This document shows, piece by piece, positions 10,808 to 22,632 of a stretch of 64,000 bases of DNA (positions are counted from its first letter, which is position 1; every line of letters starts with the position of its first letter). The notes below the pieces were generated by a model that worked only from the letters and a program-made list of their open reading frames with translations, made no database searches and was not told the origin of the DNA. Made by a program: the position numbers and the translations under genes. The DNA lies in NCBI GenBank assembly GCA_030390025.1, contig JASTWF010000347.1, forward strand, positions 186,001-250,000, read 5' to 3'. Origin of the DNA: Squalus acanthias. Taxonomy: Eukaryota.

Positions 10808-11690
10808 CATAGAATCATAGAAACTTACAGCACAGGAGGCCATTCGGCCCATTGTGTCTGTGCCGGCTCTTTGAATGAGGAGTCGTGCTTAGTCCCACAT
10901 TCCCGCTTTTTGTCCGTATCCCTGTCAGTTCTTCATCCTCGAGTACCCGTCCAACTCCCTTTTAAAATCCCCATAAAATCATTTATGGAATCCCATCACC
11001 TTTCAGCTAGAGCGTTCCAGATCCCAACACTCTGAATGAAAAAAATTCTCCTCGTCTGCCCTCTCGATACTTTGCCAATGATTGTGAATCTATGACCTCT
11101 GGTTATTAACCCTCTCACCAGAGGGAACAGCCTTTCTCCACTCGATCAAAACCCCTCATCATCCTGAAAACCTCTATTAAGTCACCTCTGAACCTTCTCT
11201 GTTCCAAGGAAAACAGTCCTAACTTTCCCAACCTCTCCTCATAACTGAAGTCCCTCATCCCTGGTAACATCCTGGTAAACCTCCTCTGGGCCCTTTCTAA
11301 GGCCTTTCCACCTTTCCTCAAGTGTGGGGCCCAGAATTGTCCACAACACTCCAGCTGAGGCCTGACCTGTGATTGATGAAGTTCCAGCATCATCTCTTTG
11401 CTTTTATATTCTATTCCTCTGTTTATAAACCCAAGTAACTCGTGCTTTTTTAACCACCTTATCAACTTGCCCTGCCACCTTTAAGGATTTGTGTATATGG
11501 ACACCAAGGTCTCTCTGCTCATCTACACCTTTCAAAATCATGCCATTTACAGTCTACTGTCTTTCCATATTAGACCTCTCAAAGTGCATCACTTCACACT
11601 TCTCCGCATTGAACTCCATCTGCATTTCACCTCCCCATTTCACCATCCTGTCTATGTCATCCTGAAGCCTATAACTATCCTCATCACTAT
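10808..11690 (-). mobile_element. CR1 3' fragment
   Basis: ORF 11115..11465 (RRFTRMLPGMRDFSYEERL); tail catagaatcatagaa at left end. Confidence 0.85.
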
Positions 11691-11734
11691 CTAAGGTTTC
11701 TTTGGTGACATTTTTTTGCGCAGTTCAGACTGAC

Positions 11735-12205
11735 AATTGACAACGTGGCCAACCTGCATCTTCGCTGACATCACAATGACTATTGACAACGCGGCCAACC
11801 TGCATCATTGGTGACATCACATTGACTATTGACAACAGGACCAACCTGCATCATTGGTGACATCACAATGACTATTGACAACGTGGCCCAACCTGCATCA
11901 TCGCTGACATCACAATGACTATTGACAGCACGACCGACCTCCATCATCGCTGACATCACAATGACTATTGACACCAGGACTGACCTGCATCATCGCTGAC
12001 ATCACAATGACTATTGACAACGCGTCGGACCTACATCATCGCTGACATCACAATGACTATTGACAGCACGACCGACCTCCATCATCGCTGACATCACAAT
12101 GACTATTGACAATGCGTCGGACCTACATCATCGCTGACATCACAATGACTATTGACACCAGGACTGACCTGCATCATCGCTGACATCACAATGACTAGTG
12201 ACAAC
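11735..12205. repeat. 46-bp minisatellite, about 10 copies
   Basis: tgacatcacaatgactattgac...acctgcatcatcgc recurs at 11766, 11812, 11858, 11905, 11951, 11997 and onward. Confidence 0.92.
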
Positions 12206-12215
12206 AAATGATTCA

Positions 12216-12362
12216 GAGTTAGTGGTTGGGGTTTTGGGGTTCGGGGCAGGTGGTTAGGAGCTAGTGGTTATGGGTACGGATTGGTGATTAGGGATAGGAT
12301 TAGTGGTTAGTCGTTAGTATTAGAGGTTAGTGGTTATGTTTACTGGTTAGGGTTAGGGGTAG
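12216..12362 (+). repeat. Degenerate (TTAGGG)-like low-complexity tract
   Basis: ggttag/ttagtg/ttaggg variants, ending ggttagggttaggggtag. Confidence 0.7.
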
Positions 12363-13272
12363 AAACTACTATTGACGATGCCAGTGTCACTGGACACGTT
12401 GTGAGAGACCCTATTCTTATATACATATATATGTAGGATGAGGTACTGTAGCTAGAAATGGTCATATTGCTCATTCCAAGAATTCTTCAAAGTATGGATG
12501 ACATATAGCAAGATGAAGTTTTGTCACAATGAGAGATCTATTGTTAGCAAGGAATGCTGAATAAGGGGTCAATGGTTTCCCAGATAAAAGGGCCGATATT
12601 ACAAAAGAATCAGAAAACGATCAACAGATCAGTTAGGAAACTGAAAACAACTCCTTTTAAGGGTTGTGCATGTCTAGAGCCCTATAAAAATCTTAAGCTT
12701 CACAAATTGTAGAGACAAGAACAGAAGAGTCAATGAAGGTTTTGGTCTTTATCGAGAGTGAAAGTGAGTGATATTGTTTATTTCTCTGTATGACTATTGC
12801 TTAAGACATCAAGTGTGTCAAGACTCAGACCAACTCAATAAAGATTACTTGCAACCAATTTGTGTCAAAGTCCAAACATAAGTGTGGCTGGAACCTCACA
12901 GCGTTTGTTTTCATTTCATGCTTTTTCTCACAGATGAATCATAAAACAGCCTCATGAATTGTTCATTCAAGGAACCTTCTTTCTGGCCCGAGCCTGATTT
13001 CCTCCCTTCTTTCACATCTCGACATTTCCCACAGAAAAAGACATCAGGGACATTAGACTTTGGGATTTGGGGACCAGAACAGGTGGATCCAGATATTGTG
13101 CTGGTTACATCCAATCATCAGCCTGCCTGACAATAATCTGTCACCAGGCCCCACCAGTCACCATCTGATTCCACCATCATATCTTCATCCATTACCTGCC
13201 TTTCACCCTCATTAGAGCAGGTTTCACCACCATGACCATTCTCCATACTGAGGCTCCCTGATTCCCATTTAT

Positions 13273-13995
13273 AGTCTCAGTGTAAGTGGTCACTAGATTT
13301 GGTGTCTCAGAGAAAGTGGTCCCTGGATTTGGTGTCTCAGAGAAAGTGGTCACTAGATTTGGTGTCTGTGTAAGTGGTCCCTGGATTTGGTGTATCAGTG
13401 TGAGTGGTCCCTGGATTTGGTGTCTCAGTGTAAGTGGTCCCTGGATTTGGTGTCTCAGTGTAAGTGGTCCCTGGATTTGGTGTCTCAGTGTAAGTGGTCC
13501 CTGGATTTGGTGTCTCAGTGTAAGTGGTCCCTGGATTTGGTGTCACAATGTAAGTGGTCCCTGGATTTGCTGTCACACTGTAAGTGGTCCCTGGATTTGG
13601 TGTCTCAGTGTAAGTGGTCCCTGGATTTGGTGTCTCAGTGTAAGTGGTCCCTGGATTTGGTGTCTCAGTGTAAGTGGTCCCTGGATTTGGTGTCTCAGTG
13701 TAAGTGGTCCCTGGATTTGGTGTCACAGTGTAAGTGGTCCCTGGATTTGCTGTCACACTGTAAGTGGTCCCTGGATTTGGTGTCTCAGTGTAAGTGGTCC
13801 CTGGATTTGGTGTCACAGTGTAAGTGGTCCCTGGATTTGCTGTCACACTGTAAGTGGTTACTGGATTTGGTGTATGTGTAAGTGGTCCCTGGATTTGGTG
13901 TCTCAGTGTAAGTGGTCCCTACTTTGGTGTTGCAGTCTAAGTGCTCCCTCGATTTGGTCTCAAAAGTGTAAATGGTCCCTGGATTTGGTGTCACA
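13273..13995. repeat. 30-bp minisatellite, about 24 copies
   Basis: ctggatttggtgtctcagtgtaagtggtcc; inverted copy of same family at 46449-46584. Confidence 0.95.
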
Positions 13996-14577
13996 GACAA
14001 CAACAACAACTCGCATTTATATAGTGCCTATAACGTAGTAAAACATCCCATGTTGCGTCACAGGAGCGTTTTCAAACAATATTGACACCGAGTCACATTT
14101 GGAGATATTAGGGCAGCTGTTGGTCAAAGAGATAGGTTTTAAGATGCTTCTTAAAACCTAAGAAATAAGAGCAGGAGTAGGCCATACGGCCCCTCGAGCC
14201 TGCTCCGCCATTCAATAAGATCATGGCTGATCATCGACCTCAACTTGACTTTCACGCCCGATCCCCAGATCCCTTGATTCCCCCAGAGTCCAAAAATCTA
14301 TCTATCTCAGCCTTGAATATACTCAAAGACTGAGCATTCACAGCCCTCTGGGGCAGAGAATTCCAAAGATTCACAATCCTCTGAGTGAAGAAATTCCTCC
14401 TCATCTCTGTCTTAAATTGCCGACCCCTTATCCTGAGACTATGCCCCCTAGTTCGAGACACTCCAGCCAGGGGAAACAACCTCTCAGCATTTACCCTGTC
14501 AATCCCCTTCAGAATCTTGTATGTTTCAAAGGAGGAAAGAGAGGTAGAGAGGTTAAGGGACGGAATTCCAGAGCTTA
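13996..14577 (-). mobile_element. L2 3' end split by a nested CR1 3' fragment (14157-14527, minus)
   Basis: acaacaacaac...tttatatagtgcc L2 tail; L2 resumes at aaaggaggaaagagagg; CR1 tail and RTRGH/NFFTQR motifs between. Confidence 0.75.
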
Positions 14578-16925
14578 AGAAGATAGGAACAGGAGGAGGC
14601 CATTTAGTCCCTTGAGCCTGTCCGTCATTCAATGAGATCATGGCTGATCTGTGACCTTACTCCATATACCTGCCTTTGCCCCATATTCCTGAATACCCTT
14701 GGTTAACAAAAATCTATCAATCTCAGATTTAAAATTAACAATTGATCTCGCATCAACTGCTGTTTGCAGAAGAGAGTTCCAAACTTCTACCACCCTTTCT
14801 GTGTAGAAGTGTTTCCTAATTTCAATCCTGAAAGGTCTGGCTCTAATTTTTACACTCTGTCCCCTAGTCCTAGACTCCCCAACCAGCAGAAATAGTTTCT
14901 CTCTATCTCCCCTATCAGTTCCCCCTAATATCTTGAAAACTTCGATCAAATCACCCCTTAACCTTCTAAATTCCAGGGAATACAACCCTAATTTGTGTAA
15001 TCTCTCCTTGTAATTTAACCCCTGGAATCCAGGTATCATTCTGGTAAATCTATGCTGCACTCCTCCCAAGGCCAACATATCCTTCCTAAGGTGTGGTGCC
15101 CAGAACTGCTCTCAGTACTCCAGGTGTGGTCTAACCGGGGCTTTGTACAGCTGCAGCATAACTTCTACCCCCTTGTATTCTAGTCCTCGAGATATAAAGG
15201 CCAGCATTCCATTAGTCTTTTTGATTATTTCCTGCACCTGTCTATGACATTTTAATGATCTATGTACCTGGACCCCCAAGTCTCTTTGAACCTCCACTGT
15301 TTCTAGCTTTTCACCATTTAGAAAGTACCCTGTTCTCTCCTTTTTAGGTCCAAAGTGGATGACCCCACATTTGCCTACATTGAAATCCATTTGCCACAGT
15401 TTGGCCCATTCACTTAATGTATTAATATCTCTCTAATTTTATGCTTCCATCTACACTGCCTACAATGCCACCTATCTTTGTGTCATCGGCAACTTGGATA
15501 TGTGGCTTTCTATCCCATCATCTAAGTCATTAATAAATACGGTGAATAGTTGAGGCCCCAACACAGGTCCTTGCTGGACAGCGTTAGTCACATCCTGCCA
15601 ATTAGAGTACCTGCCCATTATCCCCACTCTCTGTCTCCCACTACTCAGACAATTCCATGGGCTTCACCTTTAGCTAACAGACTCTTATGAGGGACTTTAT
15701 CAAATGCTTTCTGGAAGTCCATATAAATAACATCCATAGACATTCCCCTGTCTACTTCAGTCACCTCTTCAAAAGATTCAATCAGGTTTGTCAGGCATGA
15801 CCTACATTTCACAAATCCATGCTGGCTCTCTCTGATCAGCTGAACATTTTCAAGGTGTTCAGTCACCCTATCCTTAATTATAGACTCTAGTAATTTCCCC
15901 ACAACAGATGTTTGACTAACTGGTCTCTAATTGCCTGGTTTCCCTGTCTCACCATTCTCAAATAGCAGTTTTGCGCAATTTTGCAATCTGACAAAATGGT
16001 TACCTAATCGAGAGAACTTTGGAAGATTATAGTTTGGGCATCTGCAATGTTCTCACCTACTTCCTTTAAAACCCTGGCTTGGAAACCATCTGGTCCTGGC
16101 GGTTTGTTACTCTTTAGTGCCATTATTTTCTTCGTTATTTTGGTGAGTCCCCGTCCCTGATTCAATATTAGATTCCTTGGGATGTCCGGCCTGCTATCCT
16201 CTTCCACTCTGTCAATACTGATGCAAAATAATTATTCAACATGTCCGCCTTTTCCTTATTTTCATTCACAATATCACCATTATCAGTTTTCAAGGGGCCC
16301 AGATTGCTCCTGACCACCCTCTTTTTCCTAATATAATTGTAAGAAAAATTGTGTTGATTTTGATAACCCTTACAAGTTTCTTTTCATACTCCCTTCTTGT
16401 AGCTCTTACTGTCTGTTTTGTCACCCTTTGTTGTTCTTTATATTTCTCCCATTCACCAGGATTTGTGCTATTTATTGTATTTTTGTGTACTTTTTCTTTT
16501 AGTTTTATGTTGTCCCTTCTCTCTTTAGTCGTCCATGGCTGGGTTTTTTTTGGCAAGTAGAGCTCTTGCCCCTCAGGGGTATAAGCTGGTTCTGTATCAC
16601 ATTAAATTATTTTTTGAACACCTCCCACTGATCTTCTGCTGTTTTACCCATTAACAGATTTGCCCAGTTTACTGTGGACAGTCTCTGTCTCATCCTGTTG
16701 AAGTTGCCCTGAACTAACACTAGAATCTTAGTAGCTGTTTCGCGTTTCTCCCTTTCAAACATAATGTGGAACTCGATCATGTTATGATCACTGTTAGATA
16801 AATGTTCACGCACCGTGAGGCTGTTGACTAAATCTGGCTCATTACTAAATCTAATATGGCCTGCCCCCTTGTTGGTTCTAGAACATATTGTTGCAGAAAA
16901 TCATCCTGAACACATGCGAGAAATT
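14577..16925 (-). mobile_element. CR1 LINE, decayed ORF2 from endonuclease C-terminal part to 3' tail
   Basis: ORFs 16828..17073 (EPTRGQAILDLV), 16607..16813 (SDHNMIEF), 15645..15902, 15112..15390, 14638..15078. Confidence 0.9.
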
Positions 16926-17274
16926 CACCCGAGATGACGATAGACACCAAAGTGCCATTTGCCCCTCTCAGTGTGGCCCTGAAGGACTGTGTCCAGGCTG
17001 AAGTTCTGTTCCCGCTGTACGATCCTCCCCCCAGATTGTCCTTTCTGAGCTCCAGCCAGGTGATGCTAAACACTCAGGTGGGAAAGACAAAAATCTACAA
17101 CAATGTGCTTAAAACAAAACTGATTTATTTCACATATATCCAGAATATTAAACTCTAGCCCAGTTACAGGGGTTATTAACATCCGCAGAAACAAACTCCA
17201 ACTGTCAGAATGAACATGGTTCAGTCCTGGATGTAATTAACAGCAGCAATAACAGCAGAATCCAACCCCTGCAC

Positions 17275-17949
17275 TCACTTGTGAACTCGCTGGTGTGCCA
17301 GCAGGTTGGATGACTGAGTGAATCCCTTCCCACACACGGAGCAGGTGAATGGCCGCTCCCCAGTGTGAAGTCGCTGGTGTGTCAGCAGGCTGGAGTGCTG
17401 AGTGTATCCCTTCCCACACACGGAGCAGATGAACGGCCTCTCCCCAGTGTGAACTCGTTGATGTCTCAGCAGGTTGCCGACCAGAGTGAATCCCTTCTCA
17501 CATACGGAGCAAGTGAACGGCCTCTCCCCAGTGTGAACTCGCTGGTGTATCAAAAGGTCGGATGACTGAGTGAATCCCTTCCCACACACGGAGCAGGTGA
17601 ATGGCCTCTCCCCAGTGTGAACTCGCTGGTGTCTCACCAGCTCTGCAGAACTTTTAAAGCTGTCCCCACAGTCAGAGCATTTAAAAGGTCTCTCCCCAGT
17701 GTGAATGAGCTGGTGTGTTCGGAGCGGGGATGAGTGAGTGAATCCCTTCCCACATACAGAGCAGGTGAACGGTCTCTCCCCAGTGTGAACTCGCTGGTGT
17801 GTCAGCAAGTGGGATGACTGAGTGAATCCCTTCCCACATATGGAGCAGGTGAACGGCCTCTCCCCAGTGTGACTGCGTCGATGAGTTTCCAGCTGGTACG
17901 GGTAATTGAATCCCTTCCCACAGTCTTCACATTTCCACGGTTTCTCCGT
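17275..17949 (-). CDS. ZNF3: 8-finger C2H2 array, intact frame from ACG (17949) but no in-frame ATG; functional status uncertain
   Basis: Frame open from TEKPWKC to HQRVHK*; leader has TGA 18144-18146, a 1-nt deletion near 18000 and TGA 17986-17988; 3' UTR with AATAAA at 17124-17129 (minus). Confidence 0.65.
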   Translation of the reverse strand, partial: TEKPWKCEDCGKGFNYPYQLETHRRSHTGERPFTCSICGKGFTQSSHLLTHQRVHTGERPFTCSVCGKGFTHSSPLRTHQLIHTGERPFKCSDCGDSFKSSAELVRHQRVHTGERPFTCSVCGKGFTQSSDLLIHQRVHTGERPFTCSVCEKGFTLVGNLLRHQRVHTGERPFICSVCGKGYTQHSSLLTHQRLHTGERPFTCSVCGKGFTQSSNLLAHQRVHK

Positions 17950-18379
17950 GGTGCGGATGTCCTTGTGTCTCTCCAGTTTGGACGATCAGTTGAAACCTCG
18001 CCACACACAGAACACGTGTCCGGTTTCTCCCCGCTGTGAACGGTGCGATGTTTTTTCAGGCTGTGTAACTGGTTAAAGCTCTTTCCACAGTCAGTGCACT
18101 GGAACACTCTCACTCTCGGGTGTGTGTCTCGGTGCTTTTCCAGTCACACTGATGTTTGAAATCTTTTCCCACAGACAGAAGAGACAAACATTTCTCCTTC
18201 CACATTCAGAGGCCGATGATATTCGGGTCCTGATGAATGGAGTGACTCTGTAAGATCTTGATGTGATGTTTGGTGTGAGTTTGCGGTGTGTAAATGCTGC
18301 CCTTCTCACAGCCTGTAAAAGGAGTTTCCAAAAGCCATGACTGAGAGTCCAGGATAGAAATTGACAAGATTCTCTCCTC

Positions 18380-18985
18380 CTGGTTCCTGGCCAATGGGGC
18401 CGCGCATGCGCCCTGCTGCCCCCTGAGCCTGTCAAGATGGCGGCCGTTAACCCGGGCCTGTCACCGGGTGAAAGCCCCGCAGCTGCCGCCCCGCTCGGGG
18501 CAAACGGCCCGGCCCGGAGGCTCTTGTTCGGGGCCTGAGGCCCACCCCGGGTGTTTGTGAAGCGGATAATGTTGAGTGTTTTAATAATGGGGCCTGGGGC
18601 CGCACTCAGCTCACACTGCCCGGGTGATTGACGGGAGCTCCGGACCAATAGGAAGAGCGGGGCGGGGCTGGAGGAACGAGTGTGCGGCGGGTCCTCCAAC
18701 CAATCGGAGTGTGTGAGGGGCGGGTTTGACCTTTGAACCTGAACAAAACAGAAGGTGAGCTGAGCATGCGCGGACCTTGGCAGCAGCCGCTGACACATCA
18801 GGTGAGAGAGCTCAGGGAGCGGGTTAATAAACCCCGGGGGGACGCGGGCTGCACACACCCCGAGTGCGGCCCCAGGCCCCATTATAAGAGCAGTGAACAT
18901 TATCCGCCTCCACCCGCGGGTTCCCGTTTCGCACCGGCCCGAATCTCAACAACGCGCCAAATTCCGGGACAGACAGGAAGTGAGT
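18380..18985 (-). promoter_or_regulatory. Type-A CpG promoter of ZNF3, gene-proximal palindrome arm internally deleted
   Basis: Near-identical to 25905-26590, 51440-51900, 53885-54491; YY1 aagatggcggc, NRF1-like gcgcatgcgc, two CCAAT boxes. Confidence 0.7.
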
Positions 18986-19363
18986 CAGGGAGCGTCTGTA
19001 AATGGAAGAGAAATGGTGACTGGTCAGGGAGCGTCTGTAAATGGAGGAGAAGTGGAGACTGGTCAGGGAGCGTCTGTAAATGGAGGAGAAATGGTGACTG
19101 GTCAGGGAGCGTCTGTAAATGGAAGAGAAATGGTGACTGGTCAGGGAGCGTCTGTAAATGGAGGGGAAATGGTGACTAGTCAGGGAGCGTCTGTAAATGG
19201 AGGAGAAATGGAGACTGGTCAGGAAGCGTCTGTAAATAAAAGAGTAATGGTGACTGGTCAGGGAGCGTCTGTAAATGGAGGAGAAATGGGGACTGGTCAG
19301 GGAGCGTCTGTAAATGAAAGAGTAATGGTGACTGGTCAGGGAGCGTCTGTAAATGGAGGAGAA
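18984..19363. repeat. 39-bp minisatellite, about 10 copies
   Basis: tcagggagcgtctgtaaatggaggagaaatggtgactgg; inverted counterpart at 25507-25903. Confidence 0.95.
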
Positions 19364-19584
19364 ATTACTCAGTATTTTGGGGGTTGGTTTGTGTGAACAA
19401 ATATATCCGTAATTTTAATGAGACTTTTTTCTGTGTCCCAGCTCCTGTAAATACCGCTGTAAAGGGGCCGGACTCTCAGGAGGCTCCACACCGCTGCCTG
19501 CTCGTGTGTCAGTGATCTCCCATCAGATTAAAGTGCTTCTGCTGTGTGTGTGTTTAATAAAGTGCCCGGAGCACTTCACGAAAG

Positions 19585-20164
19585 GTGGGCCTTTATTACA
19601 AGAGGATTTGAGAGTGTAATATATCCAAGTTTTTTTAAATGGTGAGAGATTGGGAAATGTTGGTGTTCAGTGGGACCTGGGTGTCCTTGTACACGAATCA
19701 CTGAAAGTTAACATGCAGGTACAGCAAGCAATTAGGAAAGCAAATGGTATGTTGGCCTTTGTTACAAGAGGATTTGAGTATAAGAGTAAAGACGTCTTCC
19801 TGCTATTATATAGGGCCCTGGTGAGACCACACCTGGAGTATTGTGTACAGTTTTGGTCACCTTACCTAAGGAAGGATATACTTGCCATAGAGGGAGTGCA
19901 ACGAAGGTTCACCAGACTGGTTGCTGGGATGGGTGGTTTGTCCTATGAGGAGAAATTGAGTAGAATGGGCCTATATTCTCTGGAGTTTAGAAGAATGAAA
20001 GGTGATCTGATTGAAACATACAAAATTCTTACAGGGCTTGACAGGGTAGATGCAGGGAGGATGTTTCCCCTGGCTGGGGAGTCTAGAACCAGGGGTCAGA
20101 GTCTCAGAATAAGGGGTCGGACTGAGATGAGGCCCACTCCTGCTCCTATTTCTTATGTTCTTAT
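19585..20164 (+). mobile_element. CR1 3' fragment with internal deletion
   Basis: ORF 19650..20174 (LEYCVQFWSPYLRKD); ttcttatgttcttat tail. Confidence 0.88.
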
Positions 20165-20346
20165 GAACCAGTGAGTGTTGAACTGAACCCAGCCAGAGTC
20201 AGCACCTTCAGGGGAGGCGAGAGAGAGGAACCAGTGAGTGTAGAACTGAACCCAGCCAGAGTCAGCACCTTCAGGGGAGGAGAGGGAGGGGAACCAGTGA
20301 GTGTAGAACTGAACCCAGCCAGAGTCAGCACCTTCAGGGGAGGAGA
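20165..20346. repeat. 63-bp minisatellite running into the assembly gap
   Basis: gaaccagtgagtgtagaactgaacccagccagagtcagcaccttcaggggaggagag...; same family inverted at 37478-37980. Confidence 0.9.
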
Positions 20347-20846
20347 NNNNNNNNNNNNNNNNNNNNNNNNNNNNNNNNNNNNNNNNNNNNNNNNNNNNNN
20401 NNNNNNNNNNNNNNNNNNNNNNNNNNNNNNNNNNNNNNNNNNNNNNNNNNNNNNNNNNNNNNNNNNNNNNNNNNNNNNNNNNNNNNNNNNNNNNNNNNNN
20501 NNNNNNNNNNNNNNNNNNNNNNNNNNNNNNNNNNNNNNNNNNNNNNNNNNNNNNNNNNNNNNNNNNNNNNNNNNNNNNNNNNNNNNNNNNNNNNNNNNNN
20601 NNNNNNNNNNNNNNNNNNNNNNNNNNNNNNNNNNNNNNNNNNNNNNNNNNNNNNNNNNNNNNNNNNNNNNNNNNNNNNNNNNNNNNNNNNNNNNNNNNNN
20701 NNNNNNNNNNNNNNNNNNNNNNNNNNNNNNNNNNNNNNNNNNNNNNNNNNNNNNNNNNNNNNNNNNNNNNNNNNNNNNNNNNNNNNNNNNNNNNNNNNNN
20801 NNNNNNNNNNNNNNNNNNNNNNNNNNNNNNNNNNNNNNNNNNNNNN
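20347..20846. other. Assembly gap (500 N)
   Basis: Run of N. Confidence 1.
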
Positions 20847-22163
20847 TTCTGCCTCAACTCCATTCACCGGCCCTATCGCCATATCCCTTGATGCCCTTAT
20901 TAGTCAGAAATCTATCGACTTCTGTTTTGAATATACCCAATGACTGAGCCTCCACAGCCCTCTGGGGTAGAGAATTCCAAAGATTCACCACCCTCGGTGT
21001 GAAGAAATTTCTTCTCATCTCAGTCCTGAATGGCCTACCCTTTATCTTGAGGCTGTGGCCCCTGGTTCTAGACTCCCCAGCCAAGGGAAACATTCTCCCA
21101 GCATCCATCCTATCAAGCCCTGTAATAATTTTGTATGCTTGAATGAGATCCCCTCTCATTCTTCTGAATTCAAGAGAATACAGGCCTAGTTTACTCAATC
21201 TCTTCTCATACGACAGTCCCGCCATCCCAGGAATCAATCTCGTGAACCTTCATTGCACTCCCTCCATGGCAAGTATATCCTTCCTTAGGTAAGGAGACCA
21301 AAATTGTACACAGTACTCCAGGTGTGGTCTCACCAAGGCACAATATAATTGGAGTAAGACTTCTTTACTCCTGTACTCAAATCCTCTTGTAATGAAGGCC
21401 AGCATACCATTTGCCTTCCTAATGGCTTGCTGCACCTGCACATTCACTTTCAGTGACTCATGTACAAGGACACCCAGGTCCCTTTGAGCATCTGCATTCC
21501 CCAATCTTTCACCATTTAGGAAATACTCTGCCTTTCTGTTTTTTCTACCAAAGTGGATAACTTCACATTTATCCACATTATATTCCAACTGCCATGTTCT
21601 CGCCCACTCACTGAGCCTGTCGAGATCCCCTTGAAGCCTCTTCACATCCTCTTCGCAACTGACACTGCCACCTAGCTTTGTGTCATCAGCAAATTTGGAA
21701 ATGTTACATTTAGTTCCCTCATCCAAATCATTGATATAGATGGCGAATAGCTGGGGCCCAAGCACCGATCCTTGCGGTACCCCACTAGTCACAGCCTGCC
21801 ATCCTGAAAAAGACCCGTTTATCCCTACTCTTTGTTTTCTGTCTGTTTACCAATTCTCAATCCATGCTAGTATATTACCCCCAATTCCATGTGCCCTAAT
21901 TTTGTTCACCAACCTCTTGTGTGGGACCTTATCGAAGGCCTTCTGAAAATCCAGATACACCACATCTACCGGTTCCCCTTTGTCCACTCCACTAGTTACA
22001 TCCTCAAAGAACTCCAATAGGTTTGTCAAACAGGACTTCCCTTTCATAAATCCATGTTGACTCTGCCCAATCTTACTATTAGTTTCTAAGTGCCCAGTTA
22101 TTGCATCCTTTATAATAGATTCCAGCATTTTCCCAACTACTAATGTGAGGCTAACAGGTCTGT
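20847..22163 (-). mobile_element. Young CR1 copy, RT 3' half, same subfamily as 38570-42552 and 58836-61936
   Basis: ORFs 21847..22212, 21250..21792, 20854..21237; near-identical to 38635-39950. Confidence 0.93.
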
Positions 22164-22172
22164 ATTTCACTC

Positions 22173-22437
22173 CTGAAGGTGCTGTGTGATGGTGGGGTTC
22201 GGCCCCAGTCACTGTCTGCCCTCCAGTACATTGCTAATTCTGAGCTGTGAGCCTATACTGAAGGTGCTGTGTGATGGTGGGGTTCAGCCCGTCACTGTCT
22301 GCCCTCCAGTACATTGCTAATTCTGAGCTGTGAGCCTATACTGAAGGTGCTGTGTGATGGTGGGGTTCGGGTCCAGTCACTGTCTGCCCTCCAGTACATT
22401 GCTAATTCTGAGCTGCGATCCTATACTGAAGGTGCTG
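22173..22437. repeat. 83-85-bp tandem repeat, about 3.2 copies
   Basis: ctgaaggtgctg at 22173, 22258, 22341, 22426. Confidence 0.9.
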
Positions 22438-22519
22438 CCAACATTTCGACCATGGGGAGCAGCACAGCCGCCGGCCCTGGCTGATTCTGTCTGGAAAAGC
22501 TGAGGCCAATGGTAGCACA

Positions 22520-22630
22520 CCAACAACAACTTACATTTACATAGCGCCTTTAACACAGTAAAACCTTCCAAGGTGCTTCACAAGAGCGGAATCAGTCAAA
22601 AACTGACACCGAGACAAAGGAGGAGACTTT
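22520..22630 (-). mobile_element. L2 3' tail
   Basis: caacaacaacttacatttacatagcgcctttaac. Confidence 0.7.
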
Positions 22631-22632
22631 AG

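Noticed and set aside
11735..12205. CRISPR-like look of constant repeat plus variable segment
   Set aside because: Variable parts are only about 11-16 nt, recur as the same few variants, there are no cas genes and the context is vertebrate
13286..14038. Long repetitive ORFs (250, 169, 164 aa)
   Set aside because: Translations of a 30-bp tandem repeat, open on both strands; no gene structure
20153..20947. ORFs spanning the N run
   Set aside because: Artefacts of the assembly gap
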